From Takakia lepidozioides (Eukaryota > Plantae > Bryophyta), in the NCBI GenBank assembly GCA_030704615.1, contig CM060733.1, forward strand, positions 3,224,001 to 3,288,000: DNA of 64,000 bases, written 5' to 3'. Shown here one piece after another: positions 38,250 to 50,677 of the stretch (positions are counted from its first letter, which is position 1; the number at the start of each line of letters is the position of its first letter). Made by a program: the position numbers and the translations under genes. Under the pieces are notes generated by a model. The model was not told where the DNA came from. It saw only the letters and a list, made by a program, of their open reading frames with translations, and did no database searches.

Positions 38250-39959
38250 AATAGGGCTATTCTCAAGTGGCAGGGGTTGATTATCAAGACACATTTTCTC
38301 CTGTTGTTAAGATAACTTCAATTCGTACTTTGTTAGCCTGGTTGCACGGCCATAACTGGGAGGTCCATCAAATGGATGTTAAGACAGCTTTTTTGCATGG
38401 TAATTTACAAGAGAAAATCTATATGTCTCAACCTGAAGGTTTTGTTAAACCTGGCCACAAAACAAAGGTGTATCAGTTGTTCCATAGCATTTATTTTCTT
38501 AAACAGTATGGTATGGTATGAGCGCATTAAAACTGACATTCATGGTGTCGGTTTCCATCGGAGTTCATCCGACTCTAATATGTGCAGTAAGCGTTTCAAC
38601 CGTTTCATTATCATTATCGCTTTGTATGTGGATGGTGCTCTTTTATTTTGTGATAATTCCGCTTTACTCTTGGACACAAAGAATAAATTAATATCCACTT
38701 ATGAAATGACTGGTAATGGTCTGGTTCATTATATCTTGGGTATTCAAATTTATCGTAATTGTGCTGCCTGCATTATAACTTTGACTCAACAATAGTACAT
38801 TTTTGACTATGCTCCAACAATTTCATATGGACAGTTGCAAACCCGTGGGTACTCATTGGGAAGTGAATACTAAACTCACTCGTGCGCAATGTCCCACAAC
38901 TGCTCAAGATTGTCATGTTATGCTGAATATCCCTTATCAACAAGTAGTGGCCTGTCTCACCTATGCTATGGCGTGTACTTGTCCAGACTTAGCTTTTGCG
39001 GTGGGGGAAGTTGCTCAACATTTAGCCAACCCTGGACAAGCACATTGGAATGCTGTAAAAAAGATTTTCGATATCTTCAAGGTTCATATGCTCAAGGTAT
39101 TTATCTATTTCCCTAATCATTTTAGTCCTACAATTTTGGTAGGTTATTGTGATGGTGATTGGGCTTGAGACATTGATGGATGTAAATCAACTACTGGATA
39201 TGTATTTATATGTGGTGGTGGTGCTATTTGTTGGAGTAGTAAACGTCAAAGTACAGTCGTTTTATCTAGTACTGAAGCAGAATATACGGTGGCTACCGAA
39301 GCTTCAAAAGAGGCATTATGGCTAAGACAATTATTACAATTACAAGATATTGAACATTTTCAATCTTATGCTACATTACTTAATTGTGATAATCAAAGTT
39401 GCATCACTTTATTACATGATCAAGTTTTTCATGCAAGAACCAAGCATATCGAAGTATAGTACCATTATATTTGTGACGTCATATCACGAGGATTTGTGAA
39501 GTTGCAATATTGCACTACTGAAGATAATATTGCAGATGTATTTACAAAGTCATTGACCAAGTTCAAGCATGAAAAATGTGTCACCGGACTTGGAGCAGTA
39601 GTCCTTTGATATGGAACCCTCTCATAATTACTTGAAGTTTAATGTTAGACAATAATTTTCAGTTAATAGCTGCTGAGGGATTGATCACGATGTCTTCTCA
39701 ATATCAACTTTGAGTGATTAAATGGTGCTGCACTGGCCCACAACCTAAAGTGGGAGTGTTAGAGGATGAGTTCATCCAGTAGGTTAGTGAGTCAGTAGTA
39801 AGTGAAGTGGTCTTAGAACCACTTCACTAGACCTTCATGTAAGAGACGAGCTCTCGAGGGTGAAGCATTCGTTTTTAGAGTGTCTTTTATGGTTGGGTGG
39901 AGAGCTCATACTATAAAGTATTATGTTTATATTAATATCTGTATCTGATAAATCTAACA
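38250..39959 (+). mobile_element. 5'-truncated Ty1/Copia remnant: RT, RNase H, PPT and a 203-bp 3' LTR (39757-39959)
   Basis: GVDYQDTFSPVVK, HQMDVKTAFLHG, LYVDG (decayed YVDD), GYCDGDWA, SSTEAEY, RTKHIEV, IADVFTK, with many stops. PPT AAAGTGGGAG, then LTR TGTTAGA...TCTAACA. Confidence 0.93.
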
Positions 39960-41555
39960 AGATGTTACCAATGACTGTAGTTAGTTTGCCAATTGCTCAT
40001 TCACCAGCTTCTGGGTTTTTCCAGCAAGAGGTTTTGTCCTTCGCTCAACTTGCAGAGCAAGGTTTTCATCTTCTTGGTTTTTTCATCCCAGTTGTTTGAG
40101 GTCGAATTGATGATATAATTTCTGCATTAACTTGCAGGAGCTCGATAGCGCGGCGGCGGCTGGCTTCACATATGTGAAGGGCCTGATTCCTCGCAGCCCT
40201 GTGTTCTCCTTTAAGGATGGTAAGGTTGCTGTTGAACAGGTATACCTTTTATTAGGCTTGGCTTGTCTTTTGTTAACAGCTACTTCACTTAGGATAAGGG
40301 AGATGTGATTAGCAGGATTATTCTATTTAACGAGGAGCTGGATCAGTCCGACAGGATATTTTTGGAGTGTTCAATACCCTGTACCGTGTGCTGGATGAAC
40401 GTGAGAATCAGCAGCATCTAAATCCTCTCGTAAGATCCCCTTCTTGTGGCAAGCACGCTTTTCTTTGCTACACACCCCTGTAACAGCTAACACTACAGAG
40501 GAGTGGAATCTCTAGTGGGAGCGGAATCTGGCTTCACAATGTGCCCAATAGTATAGGTTTTTTTAAATTTTTAAATAGCTTTTATAGTGATAGCTGTTAG
40601 ACGATAATAGTATTGTGTAATGATATAAGCTGAAAACGTCGGCAGTTTGGGTCATGGTGTCCAACACTAGACTCAAAAGGAGCAAAATATAGCCGTGCCT
40701 CTGATTTACACATTGTTTGACTACAAAGCATGTGACAAAAGAGTGTTGGTAGCTTATCAATCTCAAGATGACTGACTAAACTAAGTCGGCGAGTCGGCGC
40801 AGGTGGGGACTTCCTCAGTGGGTCTGGGAAATGCGGTGACTCTGAACACACACTCATGAGCAACTCAGCCACTTGTGGGTCCCTGATAGTACCTTTCTGC
40901 CGGAAATATGAACAGTAGATCATTAGAGAAACAAACTAGAAAATTCAAATAGAATAGTGGGCATGTGTGATACCATCTTCCAAACTTTATCCTTTGTGTG
41001 AACATGCGTTCTAACAAAGCCAACAAAGCACTTATGATTACACCACGTGGTCTATGGGAGGGACAAAATCTCCCATGAATTGTCCACAATTCCGTTTTAT
41101 TGCAGCTTGCCAGCTCGTAACTCACTAAAAAATCTTAGATCATCATCAGTCTGGAAGTTCGCACAACAACAGCGGCAGGGTTTTGAGGGAGCTGCAGAGA
41201 AAGATAGGGAGAAAGAGAAGTTCAACCTAGATCAAAGAGCTGTACTAATTGATAGTGTGCCAAAGGTTACATTGAAATGCTAAGACTAGGCTGCGAGCCC
41301 TAGCACCATTGTAGACAGGAGCCAGGGGCATCAATGCTTGTTTCCCAGCTGAATTGGAGCTACCAGCTCTCCGTTAGTTGTCATCAGGCAAAGGTTCTAA
41401 AGGTGAAAGAGGCTGTGGGCCTGCTACTTGCCAACATACTTCCGTTTTCTTTTGAAAGGCAAAGAGTCTATGTGTTGAGGGGGTCGATACGTAATTGGAT
41501 TGGAGCCACTTGCTCCATAGAATTGATCCCAAGCAATAGAATGACAATCCTGCAT

Positions 41556-41556
<1 letters not shown>

Positions 41557-41599
<43 letters not shown>
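41557..41599. repeat. (AG)n microsatellite
   Basis: Directly visible. Confidence 0.9.
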
Positions 41600-41600
<1 letters not shown>

Positions 41601-42065
41601 ATACATGCACAGAAAGGTTATACCATGTCGGCATAGCATTGTCAATTTCATATGATGAGAAGGATAACGCATTGGGCCATGATCCACAACTTGGCCCATG
41701 ATTACTTTGCGCCTACTTTCTTAAAAAGTCTCTTCTCATCATCCCTTCCTTCCTTGAACCCTACCCTAACTGTTTCAGGGCAGCATTATCTCACTGCCCC
41801 CAGAGCAACCCAAGGGTGAAGCTTAGATTCTCTACATCTCAAAAATGCCAGGTGCCTATTAAATTCTGCCCTCAGGATTTAAGGTTAAAGCTGCACATTG
41901 AGATGCGAATACTTGATCTGAGGCACTTTATATAATACTTTCCAAAGTGCTTGCATTAGCAATACTTTGCTAAAAAACGAGAAAACAATCCCTGTCGTGG
42001 CATTGACTCAGTAATCCACCACATGCATCAAGAATGGATTGCAAAGGGCTCCAGGAACATACTCA

Positions 42066-43175
42066 TCAGGTTTGCTGAAAGCGCTCCAGTCTATCGCAAT
42101 AAGGCATTTCTGTAGCCTGTCCCCACCTTCGCAGTCCAACCTCCAGCCGACAATGATGGACAAGTATGTCTCGGTAATCCTTCTCGACTTGCGATTCTAC
42201 TTGTCGTCTGCTGTAGCTTCCATGGGGATAGTCGCGGTCAAAGTCGGGAGACTTGACATAGAAAGTTACCCCATGGTCCCTAGTCTTCTGCTGAAATCGA
42301 TAGGGCGCTGCTAAGTCCAAATTGTAGACTGGTTGAGAGAACGGGAAGTAGCTGAAGAGAAACAAGAGAATGATAGGCAATAACTGTAACAAGCCAAGAA
42401 GGTTGCTCGAATGAGCCTCGGCTCCCCGACCTCCCGCAGCCCCTTGCCTTGCTTGAGTCCGGACAAACTGTGCTCTGCGAAAGCCTCCGTTTGGTTGTTG
42501 CATGCCAAAGAAAAACGAATTGAAAATGTCATTAGCATCAAAGACTTCCTCGTAGAACACTGGGCTCCCGTGGCTTGTACGCCGCCGTCGCATGTGTTGT
42601 GCCTGGACATCAAACTCTTCCTCAGGACCATACTGATCATACTTCTCCCTGAGTTCAACATCACTCAAAACCTGGAAGGCTTTGGAAACAGCCTTGAAAG
42701 CCTCCTCCGCGCCCACAGCTTTGTTTTTGTCAGGATGAACCTTCAAAGACAGCTTGCGGTAGGCTTTGCGCACTTCATCTTCTGAGCACCCTTTATTCAA
42801 ACCTAAAATCTGGTAAAGGTCCTTCGTCCGTTTTATGCGCTTAACAATTTCTATATGTTCCACCGACACACCCGCTGCTGGACTGCTAGACCCGCTGTGA
42901 CGATGCCCATCCGGCCCATTCGTGCCTACACTGGCAAATCCATTCTCCCCTCCACACTTTGTGTTTTCTGCCTCCTTATTTTCCGGATCCTTCTCATCGG
43001 CCGCCTGCTTCCCGCTCCCTTCATACAGACACGAAAGCAACGCATCTACTTGCGCATTAGGGTACAGACGCTTTGCGATGGTGAGAAACTTTATAGCACG
43101 GACTTTGTCACCTGCCTCTATGGCTGCCTGTCCAATCCTCATGCACTTCATGGCCTCATCCTTGTTGCTGTCCAT
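42066..43175 (-). CDS. DnaJ protein of the DNAJB12/14 (plant J49-like) type: J-domain, transmembrane helix, DUF1977
   Basis: Starts MDSNKDEA. J-domain YQILGL...KAYRKLSLKVHPDKNKA.GAEEAFK. TM segment LLQLLPIILLFLFSYF. C-terminus FYVKS.DF...RRQVESQVEKDY...C. Intronless CDS. Confidence 0.95.
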   Translation of the reverse strand: MDSNKDEAMKCMRIGQAAIEAGDKVRAIKFLTIAKRLYPNAQVDALLSCLYEGSGKQAADEKDPENKEAENTKCGGENGFASVGTNGPDGHRHSGSSSPAAGVSVEHIEIVKRIKRTKDLYQILGLNKGCSEDEVRKAYRKLSLKVHPDKNKAVGAEEAFKAVSKAFQVLSDVELREKYDQYGPEEEFDVQAQHMRRRRTSHGSPVFYEEVFDANDIFNSFFFGMQQPNGGFRRAQFVRTQARQGAAGGRGAEAHSSNLLGLLQLLPIILLFLFSYFPFSQPVYNLDLAAPYRFQQKTRDHGVTFYVKSPDFDRDYPHGSYSRRQVESQVEKDYRDILVHHCRLEVGLRRWGQATEMPYCDRLERFQQT

Positions 43176-44411
43176 GATTGCCAAATACTTATTCAAATGT
43201 GTGAAGAATATCCTTAATTGCACAGCTTCTTAGGTCTCCTAAGAGATCACATCCGCAGAATCTGATCAACATCTACATCCACACAGATCCAGCAATCCAT
43301 ATAAATCTCCTCCTGCTCAAACAACCTGTCCACCACAATGCCGAAACCAATCTTCAGGGGAGGGATTCTGTCGAAGGAGAACAACACCCGATCCCTGAAT
43401 CCGATTCACCCTAAACACACCGGAGATATTGACCACCTACAAGATCAAATCAGGGCCAAGCCGACACAATCAGCGCAAACAGAAAGAAACAGAAACAACA
43501 CAGAGGCGCATAAAATGGCAAGGGTTTGCCCGGCAGAAAGAGAGACACCACGAGGCAAGGAAAAACGCAGCCTAATTACGAATCAGGGAGAATCTAGCCG
43601 AAAAATCAACGAATCGACAACATAATTGCAGTCAAAGAACACGGAATCCGAGAAGAGAGAGGGGCAACTTGAGGGTTGGTCCCTGCGCGAGAGAGAGAGA
43701 GACGAGAAAGCCGAGGGAGCATGAGTGTAATAAATCGCAGTATCGCCAGCAAATACAGGTTTTGCCACAAGTGCAAAGTCCACCGAGACACGGCTAAACC
43801 TTTTTCTTAGTTTTTCTTAGTTTTCTAATTTGTGGCTATACTATATTATTTTCGCTTTGGACTTGGCGAGCAGTTTTCCCATTGGCCGCCATCTTGGACT
43901 TCCTCCTCCGTCCTCTGTTCTTCTGTCTCAGCGATTAAAAGGCATGCTTGGAGGTCTCGGATGTTTCTGTTTCGTGGCCTGTTTGTAGGTACTGTGTCTT
44001 GCAGGTGCGGTTGTAGAACTGGGTTTTCAGCAGAATTTTTCTTTGTTTTCAGATTTCTGCATGGTCATTGTCGTATTGAGCATGCCTGTCCTTTACAGCT
44101 GAAGTGGCCCTGACGATACTGTTGTGATTTGAATGTTTTTCCCCTAAGAATGAAGAAGGGAACTAGATCTCAAGGAGGATCGAGCGAAAGAACGAACCTG
44201 AGTTGTACACTGTGTGATGCAATCGACTCTATCTGTTTCTTCGACACAACCGTGCATCGCTGGAAAAACCTGTGCCTGAGGGTTAGTTAAATTTCGCAGG
44301 AGAAAAGTTGTGCGAGGACCACGAGATGGCTGCCGATAGCTCACAGGGAGTATTGAAGAGGAGATGAGTGGGAATCATAAATCCGGGATTGAATTTTGTT
44401 CTTGGGGCAAT

Positions 44412-47400
44412 GCAGGTTGGTTAACATACTTTTTCAGGACTGGATTAAGTCACTAAACTGCTTTGAGAACACCATTTTTGTTTGTCTTGCTTCCATTAAA
44501 GGAGAATATTTCTTTCTGTGCTCATCCTTCGCAAAAGCATTCAATTACCAAGATCTGAATTTCTCAGCTGGTTATTTTACGAAGCACTCCGTCTTCCAGC
44601 TGCATGGTATCTTGGGCCCTCTGGGTTGTTGTTCCCCCCTCTATAAGATCTTTCCACTGTCTGTGGAATAGTTTTCTTCCTTCACCAGCACGTGCACTAG
44701 TTTGGATCTCTGGGGTAGTCATAATAGTCAACTGAGTTATGCAAGGGTGGTGGGGGTGTGAGCAGGCATTGGAATTTCGGTGCAAAGATTGGTTTGCAGG
44801 GGACCAGCACCTGGCAACATTCCAAACGGTATCGCGGCCTCGAGAGATCTGCTTGAGGTTGATAAACAATCAGCTTGCCTTGGTGGCTGCAGTAAGTCCT
44901 CTTGATTCATACCAGTCTCTCACCTAGGGAATTTTATAACCCCAAGGCTCGTTCTTTCGTTGTTTATTCAACATCATCCTTTCTCTGCGCAATTTGATGT
45001 TTCCCAATCAGAAAGGGAGGTCCTGCTGGTTGGCAGAAGCTTTTTGGTGTAGACATATGTTGCATGAGCTGTTATTTCTATATGCGGCAGTTGTTATATC
45101 TATGTTATGCTTTGACTGCTTGGGGCCTCAGCATTCAACTCTGGACAAGCTATGAAGTTATTCACATTTTTTGTGACAGGGAGTTGTCTAGCATGTCGCA
45201 ACCATCACAGAGAAACCCTCACTTACCACGTCCACATGTGCGAACGGCCAAAATTCGAGCACCTCCGACACCGCCACACGAGCTCTCCGCCAACCTCCCC
45301 CACAATCCACCCACAGATGGCCGACTGATTGCACCGAACCCTTGAAACCAATCCCTACATCACAACCGCAGACAACGGGAAAGAAGAGAAACCCTGGCGC
45401 TCAAATTGAACCCCCGTCAGACGAGAGAGACCACCTCGACGGGCAGGGGGTCTGAGTATAGAATGTTTTCTTTTTGGATGCGGGCAGCCGCCGCGTGGCG
45501 CCGGGCAGGAGGGGCAGAACAAACTTTGAACTCTATGGATGCGGGCAGATGCCACTTGTGCTCTGAGTTGTTCCAGCGATTGTCGTGGATATTTTGTGCT
45601 AGTGTCGGCAGCTATGGCACCGAGGCAACCCGCCACCATCGCCGAGAATCTTCATGATTCAAATCCCAACTGGGTCGGGATGAGAATCACGGATGGGTAT
45701 GTTTGATACACGATTGTGGTGAGTCTTTCAGTCGCAAAGGTCTTCTTGTTTTCCACAGGGGTCAAGCCCCATGCGCTCTCAAAATACGAGAGAAACATCC
45801 CGGACCAACGGAGCAAGAAGAAAGGTGACAATTCTGCCCAACAAGTTTTTCTTCCTGTTTGTGGCGAAACACTTTGGAGAAGGCAGTTTCTCCTTCTGTT
45901 TGCGGCCTTCACAACAACACTTTGGACTCACATGTTTTTATGTAATGTAGATGCAGTTGGCGGCATGCGATTTGTAGATGCAATTGGCGACAATGTAAGG
46001 GGATCTTCAATATTACCTTGAGATCCAAACACGGTAAGTAGCTTCCCAATATTATACTTTGCTTCATTTAGGTGATGTGCACTTCGTTGTGGGCACCGTA
46101 CTCTGCTTTTCTTCAGTGCAGTATTCGTACTGCACTCAGCTATGGTGCAGAGCTGGGATTAACGGAGAACCAAAAACTGGTAATTTGTGCAGGTTTCTAA
46201 CTCGCCGACAGAGATGTCGAGAACACTGGGATTGCCTCTGCACATTTATGCCATCTGGTGCTTCTCTTTCATCGCCGAATCACTGTTGTGACCTCCTTAC
46301 ATGTTCATCTATGCAAGCCAAGATTCTGGTGAGAGTTCTTCACTGCTCCTTGGATTTAATCATCTGGAATGCACTGCTCGGCCCGGAGTAGAGAATTTTC
46401 ATTCTGGTTGTAGCTTGTCAATGGGCACCAGTCATTCTTGCATAGAAGCTGTCGGTAACGACAAATAGTGCCGTGCAATTATAGGTGGTTTTGACCATTT
46501 CGTGGAGAATGAAGAAAGAGCTCCCTATACATATCTGGGCGGGGTGGTGTTTCAAACCCCCTTGTGAAGTTTTGTAGGCATGGTCGATAGGATCAAGTGT
46601 GCTATTGTGATCCGAACTTTACGGGCATTTCTTCCGCTTGTCATCGGGAAAACGGGGTCCGGTCCAGGTGATATCGAATTGATACCACTGTGACTGGGGT
46701 ATGGGATGGTACTGTTTCGATATCACTTTGATATCAACCGGGAGTACTGGTCATATTGATTTGATATCACTTTTTTCAGTATCAACTCTGTATCAAACAT
46801 GGTGGTATCAAATCAGTATGCGTTTGATATTCTTTGCCACAGAGCATGAATGTGGTATCAATTCGGTATGATTAAAGTATTCCCATCAAACATACGTTGG
46901 AAATCTACTAAAATATGGATAATCTTCTCAACACGTACATTTCAGCATCGGAAATCTATGAACTTAGATAATATATACCTGACGGACGCATGGGTCCCCG
47001 GCCTGAGTACAGGTCCGGAGGTGGTGGTGGTGGTGGTGCCGATGCTGGTGCCGGTGGCGGTGCGTCTTGCTGTTCGGAGTCCATGACGAGCTGTGGTGCC
47101 AGTTTCAGGGGATCTAGCAGGGTTTAGGAGGGAGAGTTGCGGTAAAGTGCGGAGATGCATGCTTTGATCGAGGGACGAGGGACTCAGCCAGGGTTCAAAA
47201 TAGTAACCCTAGAAGGGTCGAGGTCGAGGCTTGTTGTGCGAACTCGGGATAGATTTTGTTGCACACTCACTCGGGAAGTGCTGCACTCCCATACACGCGG
47301 CACTCTGGGGTGGTGGGCTGCAGTGCGCTATGGCGATACTGTCTTTCGGAAGAAAGACACCAATTTCAAGGTTTGCCCTACAAACCCCTGAGGTAGAATG

Positions 47401-48990
47401 TTTTTGGGTTGCAAATTGCTTCTGCTGAAAGGTTCTGCTTGTTTGGTTGTTTGTCGGGAAGCGCTGCGCTCCCATACACGTGGCACTCTGGGGTGGTGGG
47501 CTGCAGTGCGCTATGGCGATACTGTCTTTCGGAAGAAAGACACTTATTTCAAGGTTTGCCCTACAAACCCCTGAGGTAGAATGTTTTTGGGTTGCAAAGT
47601 GCTTCTGCTGAAAGGTTCTGCTTGTTTGGTTGCAGAGAATTGCTGGTTTTCTTTTCCGAGGTAGGAAGAGAATTTCCGTTGTGTAATTATGGGGACCAGT
47701 AGATGAGGGAGTGCTTCGCCACGAGCTAAGTGAGTGATGAATATGCCCTCAGGGATGAGAAGCGGCTTATTAGTGACCGCATGAAGCACCTTCTTTATGA
47801 GGTATTGGTATTACCCTTGGGTCTTCACTCGTCTTGTAAGCTACCTGTAGAGCTCACTAGAGGTAGCCACGATCAAATTCGACTTGATTTTATTTGTCTA
47901 AGTTCACAGTATGGTCTTAAGAGAGTTTTCAAATTATAGGGGGTCTGATTTTGCAGGTACCTGTGCGAGTTGCGGGAGGGTTGTTGTTTGAGCTCACTGG
48001 TCATTCTATTGGGGATCCAAATCGTGATGAAGAGGACGTACCCGTAATTCTGTGCTCGTGGCAATCTCAAAACTTCTTGATTACATCGATGCATGTGAAA
48101 GGAGTAATCAATAATCTTGGTGTTATGGAACTCTTCAAGTCATCTTGAAGAGTTCATAAATCACTTACAGTGCATAATTAAGAGTGCCTATGAGGAGTTT
48201 TGGCATCAGAATACTATTGTGCGGTTTTCAACTGCATTCAGCTACCTGATGCATTCAAGAAGTAAGTCTGACTCCATCTACTGCTCTTCTTAATTTTCTT
48301 CCAGAAAAAGATTCTACCAGTGACAACCGAGCCACCACCACATTCGAGTAGATCATCAAGAGGTTTGCCACCTTCTCCTGCTGTCAGTCTGGTCACCACT
48401 CATTGGATATTGCCAGCTCATAGGGGCTTTTGAAAGAGAATCCTCAGCTGTCATGTCATGAGTGGAACATACTTCATAAGCATGTTGTAGTATGTTGATC
48501 CTCAGATTTGACCGTAGGGGAGTAAGGGGGTGCTATCTGACTCAGAACTTTGTACATGGGTTGCAAATGAAAGCTCGTGGACGATCTTAAGTGACTGATC
48601 CATTTCCTCGATGATGTGAAATACTGTGAATTGTCTGACATCAAATTTAGGAATCATCGGTGAAGAGAAACTGTATTGTTTGGCATGTCACTAAATAACA
48701 AGTTCCGAAGCACATGGACCCATATTGTAGTTCACGTGATAGATGCCAAAATATCCCATAGTTTGCTTTGTGTCTCATATCTTCTTCATGGGGCACAGAC
48801 TGTGAAACTCTAGTCAATGCACATGGTCTTCTGTCTTCTGTTGAAAGCCGCTTGCTGGCATCACCTAATTACGTGCGGTAGCTTACACTCCCTCTTTGGA
48901 GGGACATCTATGCAATCTCTCTCCCACCCAGAAACCACTCAGAAACTCACCAAATTGTTGTGCTGCTAATGAAGATGCTGAGAGCTTTCA
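44412..48990 (+). pseudogene. Decayed inverted copy of the DUF72 gene (introns and exons), interrupted by about 2.9 kb of unrelated sequence (about 45196-48130)
   Basis: 44412-45195 aligns to the reverse complement of about 60790-60100. Exon 44766-44891 reads ALEFRCKDWF...LVAA with a 30-nt insertion. 48133-48990 aligns to about 59700-58400 with frameshifts. Confidence 0.88.
47273..47632. repeat. Tandem duplication of about 183 bp
   Basis: GGGAAG.GCTGC.CTCCCATACACG...GGTTCTGCTTGTTTGGTTG occurs at 47273 and at 47456. Confidence 0.9.
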
Positions 48991-49289
48991 GGGGCCCCAT
49001 CCCCCGGAAATAAATATTTAAAGGTGGTATGTGCCCAAATACCACTGGGCTATCAGTTTGAAGTAAAGCTCCACAGGGTCTCATCAAAGAGCAAAGAAAG
49101 TCAAGAGAGTTGCTGCTGAAGGAACGTCATACTTGAGACCATAATGTGGATTCCCACAGTGGCTTCTTCTCATCTCCTGTTATACATATGATCGGAGCTG
49201 CACTGCTAACAGTGCTAGAGTTGAGAGGAAAGGGGCGTAGAGCGAGCGAAAAAGTGTGCTTGTCTCTCTAGTTGAACATTTGTCAAGTC

Positions 49290-49515
49290 TGATGCATTAG
49301 TTCGTCAAAGTAAGTTTATGTCTGGGAAGGTCAAGAGGTGCACCATAGAATAGCGAGCATCCAAATGATGGCGACCACATGTGTTCGATTTTCTTCATTG
49401 TATTTGAATAACAAGTGCATCTGCACACTCCCCATCACTAACAACATTTCAATGTTCTCAGTTGATACTGCTTACTCAGACACGCAGGCTAGTGCCACCT
49501 TGAATCTACAAACAG
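49290..49515 (-). pseudogene. Displaced, frameshifted copy of the DUF72 FHLSF exon (49420-49344) with flanking introns
   Basis: Direct repeat of 60933-61190, so opposite in orientation to the rest of the pseudocopy. Confidence 0.85.
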
Positions 49516-49609
49516 TCGATATATGTACAACACAAAGAAGAGGACTTGAGCCTTCTTGCGGACATGGGGTCCACACGTCCACACCCGGTTTCAGCGTCAT
49601 GGAGGAGAG

Positions 49610-49865
49610 GCGCCTTGGATCTTGTAGGTCGTCAATTTCCGCTGAGTTTAGGAGATTCGGAGTTGGGGAATCCCGTTTCTTTCTCCTTCGACGGAATCTT
49701 GTGAAGATTGGGTTCGATATAGGTGAGAAGGAGATTTATTATACGAATTGTTAGATATGTATGGATGTGCAACATCAGAGTGTTAGGCCAAAAAGAGCAA
49801 GTAGATGCGTTGCATTCATGTCTGTATGAAGGGAGCGGGAAGCAGGCCGCCGATTAGAAGAGAGG
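49610..49865 (+). pseudogene. DnaJ 5'-region fragment (UTR/intron plus part of the CDS)
   Basis: GATCTTGTAGGT.GTCAAT, TCTCCTTCGAC.GAATC and CAAGTAGATGCGTTGC.TTC.TGTCTGTATGAAGGGAGCGGGAAGCAGGC match the reverse complement of 43450-42990 with deletions. Confidence 0.8.
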
Positions 49866-49904
49866 CAGGGAGGCCCTCTAACTGTTCAAACAAATGTAAC
49901 TTTC

Positions 49905-50435
49905 GCTTGAATCCAGACGCTTCTCTCTGCATGTAGCCAGGTGGGTCTAGGCCTCGTCACCCTAGTGGATGAACCCCGTCACTATGTTGATTCCATGAGC
50001 CGGGATCATGGCTTCAGTCCCACAGCGGAGCATTTTGGCTGCATAGTTGACCTTCTTGGCCGCTTAGCGAGTGGATGAGGCAGAGGGCGCATTAACAAAA
50101 TGCCAATTGAACCAGGTGATGCGGTCTGCGGTTCCTTACTAAGTGCCTGCAGAATTCATGAAACAGCAGATCGCCCGGCACAATGCCTTCTCAATTGGGA
50201 TCCACAGCACGCTGCAAGGTACATGCTGCTATCAAACATCTACGCTGCTACTGGCAGGTGGGATGACACCCAAATGGCGAGAAAAATGATGCAGGACAGA
50301 GGTTTCAGGAAGGAGCCAGGGCTCAGTTGCATTGAGGTCGATAAACAGGTGCATACATTTGTATGCAGATGGACCAAGTGCATCCACAAATACAGGAAAT
50401 CCATGCGAGCTGAAGACCTAAATGCTAGATGCTGA
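49905..50435 (+). pseudogene. Truncated PPR paralog (L2-S2-E1-E2-PG box), frameshifted
   Basis: Close nucleotide match to about 52330-52830 (SMSRDHG..PT.EHFGCIVDLLGR, LLSNIYAA.GRWDD, KEPGL.CIEVD). Confidence 0.9.
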
Positions 50436-50677
50436 GCTGACGATGTCGTCGACTAGATTGTATCCACAGACGACTAAATCTATAACCTTTTTTGCTCGTT
50501 TTGCTGCAGCGGGCCAACAGTAGGTTTTCCACAATAGGTTATTGGAAAGTGCTTTGGCCGCTGGTGATTGTAGCCTGGTCTATGGGAGGCTGTGGTTGAA
50601 GCTGTGGCTGCTCAGATGCTGACTGGTGGTTTGCTCAGAGAACTTCAATATCAGCAGATTTCAGAGTAAGCACACAA

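Noticed and set aside
43176-43223. N-terminal extension of DnaJ in the ORF track
   Set aside because: It begins at a non-ATG codon; the family-typical start MDSNKDEA is at 43175.
46650-46890. GATATC/GATACC-rich segment with a short inverted repeat
   Set aside because: Probably a decayed MITE, but termini and TSD could not be defined.
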